IMG/VR virus record: IMGVR_UViG_3300025098_000014
Direction: 5' to 3' (one strand)
DNA: 64,000 nt
DNA from: a virus
The notes below the pieces were generated by a model. It had not been told where the DNA came from. It made no database searches and saw nothing but the letters and a program-made list of their open reading frames with translations. Positions 37,704-47,772 of the stretch are shown here, one piece after another. The translations under genes were made by a program, and so were the position numbers. How positions within the stretch are numbered: position 1 is the stretch's first letter; each line of letters starts with the position of its first letter.

Positions 37704-38900
37704 CTAACTTCTATTTATAAATGACTTTACCTTCTCTAAAGGAGTAAGTTTTTGAACATACTCTCTATAGGAATCTGTACCGATTTCTCTTTTACTTGCG
37801 GGAACACCAGAAGGAATACGAGAAACATATTCAGTCAAATCTCTAATCCAAGATTTGAACATAATGCCTTCAGATGTAACAGCGATTACATGATTTGCAC
37901 CGCGTCTAATAATTCTACCAACTAGTCCGGTATTTAAAGACTCTACAAGGGATCCCATACCAAACAGTCTACCATTAACATAATTCTCTCTAAGAGTTTT
38001 TACATCATACTTAGGAGCAATTTGCCACATTTCTATGCCTTCTGTTACAGCTGCAGCACTCATAGATCTCTGAACGGTATTAAACAGTTCCCGAGCAATC
38101 ATTCCTTTAGCAGCCTTAGGTAATCCTTTCTTAAAAGAATCAAAGTCACCATCAGCAGCTAAGGCTCGTAATTTGGAAGCAGACATGCCCTCCACCCCTT
38201 CAGCATCGGGATCCCGTTCTCCTGCAGAGATGACATTAATCGCATCAAAATTATAGAGTTGCCCGTTGTATTTGTTCGCGAGCCCCTCAAACTCTTTTTG
38301 TCTATCAGCACCAACCACGATGTTGACGCTACTATATCCTTCGACATCAGCTTGCTTCATTGCATCTAGTATAGTACGAACGGCAGGATCGTATATGATT
38401 GCGTTCGCATGCACAGGGAACATCTTCTTCATAAAGAGAACTTTAGTCTCAGAATCAAGAGGATTTTTCTGTGGATCTACTGAGTGAGATGGGTATACCA
38501 TGTACTGCCCATTCTCTGCAGTATCTTTAATAGTATCAAGTAATTTTTCGTGACCTGCTGTAGGAGGATTGAATCTACCAAATCCAATAGTAACAGTACC
38601 GCGAGTTTTTTCTACCTCTTCCTGCTCTTCAGGTTCACCAACTCCACCACTTTGTTGTGCTGAAGGAGGAGGATTTTCTGGAGGTAAAGCTCTTGCGGCT
38701 CTTCCAGGTCTTTCTGGATCAGATTCTTGTGATGGTTTCCTACCACTAGAGAAAACTAACTCACCTTCTATAGTTCTACCAACAATCTTTCCAGCTGGAT
38801 CAATCCATGATCCATGTCCATCACCTTTTAATCCAAGCTTCTTAGCTTGCTTTGCTGCGTTAGTCTGTGCTTCAGTTAAGAATTGAAAAAAATTCTTCAT
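37704..38900 (-). CDS. cytidylyltransferase-like nucleotidyltransferase
   Basis: FGRFNPPTAGH (HIGH-like), KNPL, VVGADR, SAGERDPD, MSASKLR. Confidence 0.85.
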   Translation of the reverse strand: MKNFFQFLTEAQTNAAKQAKKLGLKGDGHGSWIDPAGKIVGRTIEGELVFSSGRKPSQESDPERPGRAARALPPENPPPSAQQSGGVGEPEEQEEVEKTRGTVTIGFGRFNPPTAGHEKLLDTIKDTAENGQYMVYPSHSVDPQKNPLDSETKVLFMKKMFPVHANAIIYDPAVRTILDAMKQADVEGYSSVNIVVGADRQKEFEGLANKYNGQLYNFDAINVISAGERDPDAEGVEGMSASKLRALAADGDFDSFKKGLPKAAKGMIARELFNTVQRSMSAAAVTEGIEMWQIAPKYDVKTLRENYVNGRLFGMGSLVESLNTGLVGRIIRRGANHVIAVTSEGIMFKSWIRDLTEYVSRIPSGVPASKREIGTDSYREYVQKLTPLEKVKSFINRS

Positions 38901-38902
38901 TA

Positions 38903-39508
38903 TTACGCAAACACCCGTCGTGTAGACTCAGCAATTCTATTTATGTTAAAGGATATAGTCATACGAAGTTTTTTACTATTATTTCTTTTAACAAAATGCT
39001 TCAGATGAGATGGAAATAAAATAATATCACCCTCTACAACTTTAGGAGTATGGTTTTCGTGTAGGTATTCGTTAATATCTTTATCTAGAAAACTTTCATC
39101 GAACATAAAAGAATGAATATTGTCTTGTGGGTTTTGAAATGTAGTAGCTTCATGCTCTTCGGAATCAAACATTATGTAATGAATCCCGGAAAAGAATCCT
39201 GGCAAATGAGTATGAGATTCTTGAAACTGCTGTTGCTCATATGCATTCATCCAGATCTCATCGATGTAGGGACGATCAAGTAGTCCCATTTCTCTTGACC
39301 ATTCTCTCAAAATTTGAGTATAATGATCCCTATTTTCGAGAGGGAATGCACCCTGAAACTCTGTTCTACAATCACAACTCCAACCATCAGGAGTCTCATT
39401 TGATGAATGATTAGACCAGGAGTTATACCTGTCTAACATATTTTGTCTCAGGTCAGGAAGATCTAAATGATATTTAAAAATTCTACTGGGAAATAAATCA
39501 GTGTACAT
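38903..39508 (-). CDS. putative 2OG-Fe(II) oxygenase (TIGR02466-like)
   Basis: WMNAY, QESHTH, FSGIHY, GDIILFPSHLKHFV, RMTISFN. Confidence 0.8.
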   Translation of the reverse strand: MYTDLFPSRIFKYHLDLPDLRQNMLDRYNSWSNHSSNETPDGWSCDCRTEFQGAFPLENRDHYTQILREWSREMGLLDRPYIDEIWMNAYEQQQFQESHTHLPGFFSGIHYIMFDSEEHEATTFQNPQDNIHSFMFDESFLDKDINEYLHENHTPKVVEGDIILFPSHLKHFVKRNNSKKLRMTISFNINRIAESTRRVFA

Positions 39509-40843
39509 TTAACCAAAAATAATGTTTCGTGCGTTTCCAAAATCACCCTTAAGTAAGGATTTAAATTGGGGGGAAAGAAATGCTTGGAACTGAGGTTGAG
39601 ATTTAAAGTCACCCTTATATCTTAACTCAAGTTCTAAGAGATCTAGTGTACCTGCTCTAACTTTGAAAAATAACTTAGCCGCATTTGATGACTCTGTTTT
39701 CGCAGTATCTATATCAATAGTTTTAGGTTGTCTTCTAAGATAAGCAAGAGCAAGTGCAACACTGTCAATACCAATACAAGTACCACTACCTTCCTGAATA
39801 TTCATACCGTTGGACTTAGATATCGTAACCTGTCCCACTCCAGTAGTCAAGATAAATTCAAAGTCACTTCTAGTATACTCACTCATCTCATCCATCAGTT
39901 GTTTCTTAAGGATAAGATTGATTAAAGTATCAGCAAACAATTGCTGGTTTCTCTTAATAATAGTTAGAAACTGTTTATATAAACTGTTGGGTTGATTACC
40001 AACTTTACCAAGCCTCGCGTTTACATAATCACGCATGGCATTTGTGGTCTTTCTATCAACTTCTTTACTATTCAATAGAGTTGGATCACCAACAGCAGAA
40101 ACATCTTTCAGATTAATTAATGGAACTGTTTGTATCTTACCATTTTTATAGATACCAATTCTAGTGCTCCAAAGTTTTTCTGGTGCAGCATTTCTAGGAT
40201 TAGATCCATCAGGAAGTTGAGCAAGTCCAACTAAAGGACCGGTAGTTAATGCATCCCTAATTACTCCAGCAAAAAACTGCTGTCTGGCTTGCTGCAACTG
40301 TGCCTTGATAGGAGCAAATTGAGATCCATTCAATACAGTATCAAATGCTTTATTAATTAGAGTCGGGTCCGGTGCAGTTCCTTTTGGTTTTTTCTTTAGA
40401 GATACCCCAACATAATTAGATCCATACTGAAGAATCAAATCAGAAGAGTTAAAGTCTGCCATACCAAAAGCAGCAAACTTAAATTGCTGAACTTCTTTAG
40501 GCCATTGTGTACCTGTTAAGTATACCGCATTAGGAGTTGCATTCCCAGATATACCCTTCATTGCAGAATTTGTAGCAAGAAAAGATCTTACTGCTTTTAC
40601 TGCAGAGATACCTACAACAAGATCAGAATAAAACTTATCTTTTTTTACAGAAGGCCCCAGAGTAACTGCTTTCTCAAAATCTTTTTTTACATTACCGGCA
40701 CCAATAACTCCATTACTCATGTACCTCTGGTACATCGTATTGTAAAAGTTTTGGAGACTGGTCTCATCTTTGACAGCAGCATCCATTTCTTGATTAGTGC
40801 ATAAAGCACAACCTGCAAAAAATCCTTCAGACGGTTCAGCCAT
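39509..40843 (-). CDS. hypothetical protein, possible PD-(D/E)xK nuclease
   Basis: NSSDLIL...YVGVSLKKK, LELRYKG. Confidence 0.55.
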   Translation of the reverse strand: MAEPSEGFFAGCALCTNQEMDAAVKDETSLQNFYNTMYQRYMSNGVIGAGNVKKDFEKAVTLGPSVKKDKFYSDLVVGISAVKAVRSFLATNSAMKGISGNATPNAVYLTGTQWPKEVQQFKFAAFGMADFNSSDLILQYGSNYVGVSLKKKPKGTAPDPTLINKAFDTVLNGSQFAPIKAQLQQARQQFFAGVIRDALTTGPLVGLAQLPDGSNPRNAAPEKLWSTRIGIYKNGKIQTVPLINLKDVSAVGDPTLLNSKEVDRKTTNAMRDYVNARLGKVGNQPNSLYKQFLTIIKRNQQLFADTLINLILKKQLMDEMSEYTRSDFEFILTTGVGQVTISKSNGMNIQEGSGTCIGIDSVALALAYLRRQPKTIDIDTAKTESSNAAKLFFKVRAGTLDLLELELRYKGDFKSQPQFQAFLSPQFKSLLKGDFGNARNIIFG

Positions 40844-40844
40844 T

Positions 40845-40868
40845 AAAAAAAGGGAGTACTACTCCCTC
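40845..40868 (-). terminator. Rho-independent terminator
   Basis: AGGGAGT-AGT-ACTCCCT followed by a T tract. Confidence 0.75.
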
Positions 40869-41053
40869 TTATTTAGATAGTCCTTTTCAGATTGGTACGG
40901 GATTGTCTTCCCTGTCCACAATTCGTATCCTTGTTTAAGTTCTGGCAAAAGCCACTGGTCCACACGAACACACTGCTCCCAGTTGACAGGGTGAGCACAA
41001 CTCACCACTACAACAGAAAAGAATGCTCGTAGGTGGATCCAGAGACTATACAT
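40859..41053 (-). CDS. hypothetical protein
   Basis: Coupled ORF, C..PVNWEQC motif. Confidence 0.65.
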   Translation of the reverse strand: MYSLWIHLRAFFSVVVVSCAHPVNWEQCVRVDQWLLPELKQGYELWTGKTIPYQSEKDYLNKRE

Positions 41054-41211
41054 TATTTGCCACTAGTATCGTAACCTAGTTTATCATCCTCTTCTTTTAA
41101 TTTGCGAGAACGAATGCTTTGATGAAGAGCAGCAATTGCAGCTGCTACTTCAGGAGTTTCTTCCCACTCCCAAGTTTGTCCACCCTTATTGTTAAAGGTT
41201 CTCTTAGACAT
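41053..41211 (-). CDS. small hypothetical protein
   Basis: Manual translation MSKRTFNNKGGQTWEWEETPEV...YDTSGK* (52 aa), TAATG-coupled at both ends. Confidence 0.65.
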   Translation of the reverse strand: MSKRTFNNKGGQTWEWEETPEVAAAIAALHQSIRSRKLKEEDDKLGYDTSGK

Positions 41212-41876
41212 TACCGGTCACCTTTCTGACGATTTTCTGAATAGTAAGCATCAAAAGTTCCTGATGGATAACGCTTCGACAGTTTATCAATATTACGGTC
41301 GAGAACTTCTTCCAAAGAAATATCAAGTGCCATGCATGCCTGAGCAACATACCACATAACATCACCCAGTTCAATCTTCAGGTGCTCAATATTATCTTCT
41401 TCCCAGGGCTTGCCTTGAAAAATAATCTTCTTAACAATCTCCATGAACTCACCACCTTCAGCAGAGATACCTACAGCAGCAGTTAGAAGACGCTGGATCT
41501 CACATCCACCTGCTTGAAGTGCAGCAACACGAGCAATAAACTGTGCAGGATCCTTAGATGGAGCACTAGTTACTTGATTAACAAACTCAAGATAACCATC
41601 TTTAGGAGTATTTTGAGGAGAAGTCAAAACTACTGGCATGACTGGTGCTGCTGGTGGAGCAGGAGGAGTAGCAACAACTGGTGGTTGAGGATTAGTAGGA
41701 TTACCTAGCTGGGGTCCAGTACGATCTTCTGGGTTATCAGACCATCCTTCAGTACCAGGATCGCCGGGTTCTGCTTCCCAAAACTCTTTAGCCCTAGGAC
41801 GGCGAGGGGGAGTAGCAGTAGTAGGACGCTGAGGATCCGGTGTCGCATCAGCGATTGCGCTTGAATAAGTAGGCAT
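41211..41876 (-). CDS. mazG: MazG-like NTP pyrophosphohydrolase with Pro-rich N-terminal extension
   Basis: LLTAAVGISAEGGEFMEIVKK, ELGDVMWY, NIDKLSKRYP. Confidence 0.9.
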   Translation of the reverse strand: MPTYSSAIADATPDPQRPTTATPPRRPRAKEFWEAEPGDPGTEGWSDNPEDRTGPQLGNPTNPQPPVVATPPAPPAAPVMPVVLTSPQNTPKDGYLEFVNQVTSAPSKDPAQFIARVAALQAGGCEIQRLLTAAVGISAEGGEFMEIVKKIIFQGKPWEEDNIEHLKIELGDVMWYVAQACMALDISLEEVLDRNIDKLSKRYPSGTFDAYYSENRQKGDR

Positions 41877-41878
41877 GA

Positions 41879-42739
41879 TTAAAATTGCGGTGCTGTTTGT
41901 TGTGGGTGATAGTTGAATAGTGTATCTAGCTTGAAATGTTCCCATGTGTAGGAAACAACATCGACATCTTTTTCTTCAAAGTTTAATCTCTCTGGATCTA
42001 CAGAGAAAAAAGTTGATAACACTAACCTATCATTATCAGCAAACCAATTAGGTTTGATGTACGGATTGTGAATTGTTCCCGTACTATAGACTACAAGACT
42101 ATTATACATCATTTCAATAGAACTTTCAAATTTAAAGTCTTCGTAATCCTGAATTTGAAACCATTCGGAAGTAGTCACATCTTCATGCCGATCATAAAAA
42201 TTATTGAATGCATTCTTATCGTCTCTATTAAACTCTAGAACATTACTCTTACCCCTAAAGGACCAGAATCCGGTCTTTACAGGATCAGAACTTTTTGAAA
42301 GATTGAGGTTTGAAACAATATGAGGAAGATCTTCTTCATTAGAATCCATTACTGCCGAATCAATATGCGGATAGCAGCATAATCCGCCAGTAACATCTAA
42401 AGTCATATCACCTTTCGTGGATTGAATGTACATATCTAATGTACTCAATTCAGAAACTCCAAAGATTTTTTTCATTCTTTGGTTAAAACCACTACCAAGC
42501 ATACTGAAAAGTCCAGGAGCAAACTGATGAGTTAGTCCAGGACGAATGATATCAGTATCACTAAAGTGCTGAGTTTCCCAGTAATCTAACTCAGAAATAA
42601 AATCATAAACTTTATCAGGATACTGGAAGACATCTCTTGCAGTAAGGATTGCAACCCCACCAGGCAAGAGATGGTATTCAAATTCAAGATTATTGATTTG
42701 AGAAATATCATTCCATATTTTTGTTGCTGATTTAATCAA
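41879..42739 (-). CDS. DUF6445-like 2OG-Fe(II) oxygenase
   Basis: DVFQYPDKV, RPG, YPHID, TGFW, YNSLVVY...H.P. Confidence 0.65.
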   Translation of the reverse strand: MIKSATKIWNDISQINNLEFEYHLLPGGVAILTARDVFQYPDKVYDFISELDYWETQHFSDTDIIRPGLTHQFAPGLFSMLGSGFNQRMKKIFGVSELSTLDMYIQSTKGDMTLDVTGGLCCYPHIDSAVMDSNEEDLPHIVSNLNLSKSSDPVKTGFWSFRGKSNVLEFNRDDKNAFNNFYDRHEDVTTSEWFQIQDYEDFKFESSIEMMYNSLVVYSTGTIHNPYIKPNWFADNDRLVLSTFFSVDPERLNFEEKDVDVVSYTWEHFKLDTLFNYHPQQTAPQF

Positions 42740-44111
42740 ATTTAAACCCCTGAAATTTGTTTTCTTTTACAAAAGTTTCTTCTTTAGTATCATCGCCATC
42801 GCCATGGAGAGATCCACCTTCGCTTTGTTCACAATCATACAGCCTCATCTTCGATCTGTCAATACCAATAACAAATCTCTTATTCATAGTCGGATCACCG
42901 TATCTATTCTTCAATTGCTTCACCATGATCTGCCCGAGTCCTTCAAGATCTTCAGATGAAATAAGGGCAAACATAAGATCAGCAGTAGCAGGGAGGCCAA
43001 AGGACTCGCTAGTGTCAGTAATGTCAACATCACTGCTACTATAACCAGAACGAGTGGTCTGGGTGGCAGAAACGATAGGGACCTGGGCTTCGACAGCCAA
43101 TCCTCTAAGTTCTTCAGCAATAGCCTTGATATAGCTATAAGAGTTGACGCCGATAGCTCCGCGATACCTAGCGGAAGCACAAATATTAAGGTAGTCAATG
43201 AAAATAATATCAGGGCGAAAAGATTTCTTAAGTGCCAGATCGTTGAGCAGAGATTTAAAATGTCCACTGTGGGCACTAGCTGTTGGATACTCTTTAATTA
43301 TAAGAGTGCCCTGAGTTTTTGCAGCAACTTTAGATACTTTTGTCTCGAATAACTGACGAGGTAACTCTGTCAAGTCTCTGATATTAACATCTAAAAGGTT
43401 AGCGTCAATTCTTTCAGCAATTTTTTCCTCTGACATCTCCATTGTAATGTATAAAACATTTTTGCCCTGCAATAAAACTGAACTTGCTAAATGACACATA
43501 AAAAGAGATTTACCAACACCAGTACCAGCTAGAGCAATGGTAAGTGTCTTATTGGGCATACCTCCTTTCGTAATCTTATTAAAATATTCAAGATCGAATG
43601 GGATCTTTGATTCGTCTTTATGATAAAAGTCGTATCTTGCTTCATAATCTTGGAGATAATCATGACCAATATGATTATCAAAAGAAACCGCAAGGGCATC
43701 TTGCATAATACCAGGGATAGAATCTCTGGTCTTTTCAGTATCTTTACCGTCTGCAATCTGAATAGACTCCATCAGTGCCAAATAAATTGCCCGGTCGCGA
43801 CACCACTTTTCAGTAGCATCTAACAACCACTGAGTATGAGTTTCACTCTCAGTCAATACTTCCACTAAGGTTAGAGCATCTTTACATTCAGATTCAGAGA
43901 TATCACTACGATTTTGTACTTCAATATTAAGGATTTCTGGTGTTAGAATCCTATCGTATAGATTGACAAAGGAACTGATCTCCTCAAAAACAAGTCTTTC
44001 ATTGCGCTCATCAAAATAATCAGGTTCTATAAATGGTAGAACCTTTCTAAGAAACTCTTCATCGTGAATGAGGTTTCTTAGAATAGTCAGTTCAATCCTG
44101 TCACTCATCAT
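42732..44111 (-). CDS. replicative DNA helicase (T4 gp41, DnaB-like)
   Basis: AGTGVGKS, TMEMSEE, IIKEYPT, IDYLNIC, SATQTTR, KQLKNRY. Confidence 0.97.
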   Translation of the reverse strand: MMSDRIELTILRNLIHDEEFLRKVLPFIEPDYFDERNERLVFEEISSFVNLYDRILTPEILNIEVQNRSDISESECKDALTLVEVLTESETHTQWLLDATEKWCRDRAIYLALMESIQIADGKDTEKTRDSIPGIMQDALAVSFDNHIGHDYLQDYEARYDFYHKDESKIPFDLEYFNKITKGGMPNKTLTIALAGTGVGKSLFMCHLASSVLLQGKNVLYITMEMSEEKIAERIDANLLDVNIRDLTELPRQLFETKVSKVAAKTQGTLIIKEYPTASAHSGHFKSLLNDLALKKSFRPDIIFIDYLNICASARYRGAIGVNSYSYIKAIAEELRGLAVEAQVPIVSATQTTRSGYSSSDVDITDTSESFGLPATADLMFALISSEDLEGLGQIMVKQLKNRYGDPTMNKRFVIGIDRSKMRLYDCEQSEGGSLHGDGDDTKEETFVKENKFQGFKFD

Positions 44112-45112
44112 TCACCATAGCTAAATTCTTTACGAGCAATCTCGTCAAGTTGTTGCATCACTTCTTCAGTAAAATACTTCTCAGGTTCCTTGTAAACTTG
44201 CTTGGCATAGACTTTCTTACCATCGATCTCATAACGACCTGCAACATTCTTCCAGAGACCTCCAAGTTCTCCTAATTCAAGCAATCCATAATGACGATCA
44301 AGTCCACGCTCATCATAGTATAAACGAATAGTGGCGTCCTTGTTCTCCTTGCTTAAACGAGACTTGTGAGTCTTAGCCTTGATAAGGTTTCCGATGACTT
44401 CTGTTCCATCCTTCTCTTTCTTCTTGCTGAGATAGATGATTGTACTTGCTGCATACTTGAGTCCACTACCTCCTCCCATTTCTTTTGTAGGTACATATGC
44501 GCCAATGACATCGTAAGTATGGTTGGTAACAATCATAGGTATTTTAGCCTGTCCTAGTTTCAATGTCAACATTCTGAAGGCACCTTTAACCAGTTGTGAT
44601 TTTGTCATATCACGAACTTGCTTTTCATCCAAAGCATCACGGATCTCTTTCTCAGTTGAAAGCATACCGAGAGAATCTAATACAAACATACATGGTTTGC
44701 GCTCTCCTTCAGGTTTCTTTAGATACAAATCAACTGCTCTCAATGCTTTACTACGAAACTCTTCGATAGTTACAACATTGACAACTACCAAGCGATCAAG
44801 AGGTAGTCCACGGCTCTCAAGAAGAGACTTATTAATTGCTGCCTCAGTGTCAAAATAGAGACAATACCCATCAGGATTAGTGTCAAGGAAATTTTGAACG
44901 ACAGCGAGGCTAAAGAAAGTCTTCCCAGTAGAAGACTCACCAGCAATGGCAGTAATCTTATTCCCAGAAACACCACCAAATACGCTACCTGAGACCAGTG
45001 AATTAAAAATGTAAGAACCCGTGTCCACATAAGTTTCAGAATCGTCAATATCTTTGGCAAGCTGAGTATAGTCATCTCCAATTTCTTTGATGATCTCTTT
45101 AAGAAAATCCAT
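44108..45112 (-). CDS. uvsX: RecA-like recombinase
   Basis: GESSTGKT, YFDTE, LDSLGML, TNHTY, MGGGSG. Confidence 0.96.
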   Translation of the reverse strand: MDFLKEIIKEIGDDYTQLAKDIDDSETYVDTGSYIFNSLVSGSVFGGVSGNKITAIAGESSTGKTFFSLAVVQNFLDTNPDGYCLYFDTEAAINKSLLESRGLPLDRLVVVNVVTIEEFRSKALRAVDLYLKKPEGERKPCMFVLDSLGMLSTEKEIRDALDEKQVRDMTKSQLVKGAFRMLTLKLGQAKIPMIVTNHTYDVIGAYVPTKEMGGGSGLKYAASTIIYLSKKKEKDGTEVIGNLIKAKTHKSRLSKENKDATIRLYYDERGLDRHYGLLELGELGGLWKNVAGRYEIDGKKVYAKQVYKEPEKYFTEEVMQQLDEIARKEFSYGE

Positions 45113-45280
45113 TCAACTCCATCTCAAGGTTTTCAAGTATTCTAGCACATTTTCGCGCATTGACATCAGTTCATTAAAACATTTTTGGTTATGAGCACAG
45201 GATCTAAGTTCCTGATCCGGTTTATGAACGGACTCGATAAAAAGATCAAGCCCTCTATTCCATTTTTCTTGATCTGTCAT
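45113..45280 (-). CDS. small conserved hypothetical protein
   Basis: MTDQEKWNRGLDLFIESV.KPD..LR.CAHNQKC. Confidence 0.7.
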   Translation of the reverse strand: MTDQEKWNRGLDLFIESVHKPDQELRSCAHNQKCFNELMSMRENVLEYLKTLRWS

Positions 45281-47772
45281 GAGAAGAAGTCCTCTAAGTT
45301 TGCGGTTTTTTCTACGGACCATCCAATAGCAGTAAGAATGGTCTTTAACGGTTCTAAAAATGCCTTGCTAAATTGCAAATCATAATCAATATACTTATTA
45401 AGATTTAGTTCTTTGGGAAAGTCCTGAATAAAGGAAATAACATTCTCATGAATGGTATTTGGTATCTTCAAATAACAGAATTTAATCTTTTCTCCATTCT
45501 TAATTAGAGAATACTTGTTAGTAAGATTCGCTTTCTTAATATAATGATTGTATAGAAGAGCTCCACGACAATGAATAGGAGTTCTTTCAGCGTAAATTTC
45601 TGACGGAGATTTATACTTCACTACATCACTGACGGATCTTGGGAAAGAGATCTCTTCAGGAGTTAGTTCATTAAATTTCTTACGACAGTCACCTATGTAG
45701 TCAATCATATCATCTTCAGATCCAGTCATCATAATTTTGAAAGAGTCCTTCAACATTTGACGACAAGGTGCAGGTGTGGAAGACTTTACAGCCTCGATAC
45801 CCATCACTTTTAATTTAGGTTCTGTGTATTGAACACCTTCACTATTCCAAACATTAAGAATGTACCTCTTCTTTGCAGTCCAGATGCCACGATCAGCGAT
45901 ATTCTCTCTCTTCATTTGCATCTTTTGTTCGTATGCCGAAACATAGTCTGCAAGATCTTGATACGAGTTATCAATAAACGGTTCTAATTTATCTTCGCAG
46001 ATCCTATCAAGTAGTGCAACAATTGCTGCCTTATCATCAGACTTATTACCAAGAAACTTAGTAACAAGAGGTCCAAGGTTAAGATAGATTGAGTCAGTGT
46101 CAGATGCAATAACATAATCTTCACCCTCAGTAGATAAGAGTTTGTTTAGATATTGATTCATCTTGTTCTCAATCCAACGAATTGAAACCTGACCAGATAA
46201 AGTAATAGCCTCCGCATTTGCTAGTTTAAAATATCTGAAATATTGATTACCAATAGCACCATAAGCAGAGTTAAGAGAAATCTTCTTCGCCATTTGAATG
46301 TTGTTACATCTGGAGATTTCTTTCTTAAGTGCATCAGTAGGAGTCTTCTCAAACTCTTGCTTGGCTTTAAGCATGCGCTTCTTGAAGATAACTCTCTCAC
46401 CATACATCTTCTCCATCAACTCAGGCAAGAACCCTTTCTTATCTTTACGGAACATGGCACCATTCGGACAAACAGCATTGTCCTTATACATCTCAAAACT
46501 TATTTGCTCAGAAAGTATCTTATCAACTGTTGCTGTTGGATGCTTTTCATCCAAGAGGGTTTCTGGTGAGATATTGTACTGCATAATAAGATGAGGGTAC
46601 AGACTGTTGAGGTCAAAAGAAACCACCCAATCATAGACTCCCGGAATCGGTTCCTTAACATAGGCTCCTGCATACTTTTCATCCTTATCAGTTTTTTCCT
46701 TAGGGGGAATGACTATGCCTTTCTTCTTCAAATAATTATAGATGATGGTGTCCCACATCCTTACTTGATAAAATACATCGCTATAGTTAACTTTAGCATC
46801 GTATGCCATAGTTAAAGCAAGCTCGATCAACTTCATCTTATCTTCAAGACGGTCTACGAGCTCCACATCGATAATGTTATATTCTACAAATTTTTGCCAC
46901 CCGTGAGTATAGAAGTCCTTAAATGTATCAAACTCAGAGTGGTCAAGTTTCTTCTGACCGAGTTCTACATTGGCAATATGATCAAGACGATATGATTCCT
47001 GATTGGTATATGTAAACTTTTTATAAAGATCAAGATAATCTAACTGTGAAATACCGCCAATATCGTAGAAAATTTGTCTACGACCTTTGATAAAGACTTC
47101 TTTTTGGGATACTAATCCCCAAGGCGATAATCTCTTAGCAAGTTTTTCGCCAAGAACACGATCAATACGCTTTGCAATGAATGGCATATCGAACAACTGA
47201 ATGTTCCAACCAGTCACAACATCAGGAGTATTCTCCATCCACCAGTTGATAAAACTGTTGAGTAGATCCCGCTCATTGTTGAACTGAATGTAGCGAACAT
47301 TGTCCTGTTTAATCTTGAACGGACCCTGACCCCAGGTTGTAATCTCTTTTGTATTATAATCCTGAATAGTAATCAGCAGGATCTCTTGATCAGCTGTCTC
47401 AACATCAGGAAATCCATTCTCAGCACGAGTTTCGATATCGACTGTGATGAGGCGAATCTTACTAGCGTCAAATTTAATCTCATCTTGAGGATACTTATCA
47501 GAAATATACTGATAGATGTACCTCTCATTACCATACACTTTAAAATTATCTACCTCACCATAACTTTTTAAGAAGTCGCGACAGTCTGATACAAAACCAG
47601 GTTTAATTGGTTCGACATACTCCCCATCAAGAGTTTTATGAAAAGTTTCTTTCTTGGCAGGAACAAATAATGTAGGTTTGTATTTTTCTCTAAACTGAAT
47701 GTACTCACCATTTTCATAACCACGAACGAGGAACTGATCCCCAATCATTTGTACATTAGTATAGAATTTCAT
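45277..47772 (-). CDS. family B DNA polymerase (T4 gp43)
   Basis: DIET exo I, GWNIQLFD, SFDLNSLYP, KISLNSAYG, ASDTDS, KKRY. Confidence 0.99.
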   Translation of the reverse strand: MKFYTNVQMIGDQFLVRGYENGEYIQFREKYKPTLFVPAKKETFHKTLDGEYVEPIKPGFVSDCRDFLKSYGEVDNFKVYGNERYIYQYISDKYPQDEIKFDASKIRLITVDIETRAENGFPDVETADQEILLITIQDYNTKEITTWGQGPFKIKQDNVRYIQFNNERDLLNSFINWWMENTPDVVTGWNIQLFDMPFIAKRIDRVLGEKLAKRLSPWGLVSQKEVFIKGRRQIFYDIGGISQLDYLDLYKKFTYTNQESYRLDHIANVELGQKKLDHSEFDTFKDFYTHGWQKFVEYNIIDVELVDRLEDKMKLIELALTMAYDAKVNYSDVFYQVRMWDTIIYNYLKKKGIVIPPKEKTDKDEKYAGAYVKEPIPGVYDWVVSFDLNSLYPHLIMQYNISPETLLDEKHPTATVDKILSEQISFEMYKDNAVCPNGAMFRKDKKGFLPELMEKMYGERVIFKKRMLKAKQEFEKTPTDALKKEISRCNNIQMAKKISLNSAYGAIGNQYFRYFKLANAEAITLSGQVSIRWIENKMNQYLNKLLSTEGEDYVIASDTDSIYLNLGPLVTKFLGNKSDDKAAIVALLDRICEDKLEPFIDNSYQDLADYVSAYEQKMQMKRENIADRGIWTAKKRYILNVWNSEGVQYTEPKLKVMGIEAVKSSTPAPCRQMLKDSFKIMMTGSEDDMIDYIGDCRKKFNELTPEEISFPRSVSDVVKYKSPSEIYAERTPIHCRGALLYNHYIKKANLTNKYSLIKNGEKIKFCYLKIPNTIHENVISFIQDFPKELNLNKYIDYDLQFSKAFLEPLKTILTAIGWSVEKTANLEDFFS

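Noticed and set aside
30466-47772. Inteins or introns in nrdA, nrdB, gp41, uvsX, gp43
   Set aside because: Lengths are typical and no intein splice motifs are visible
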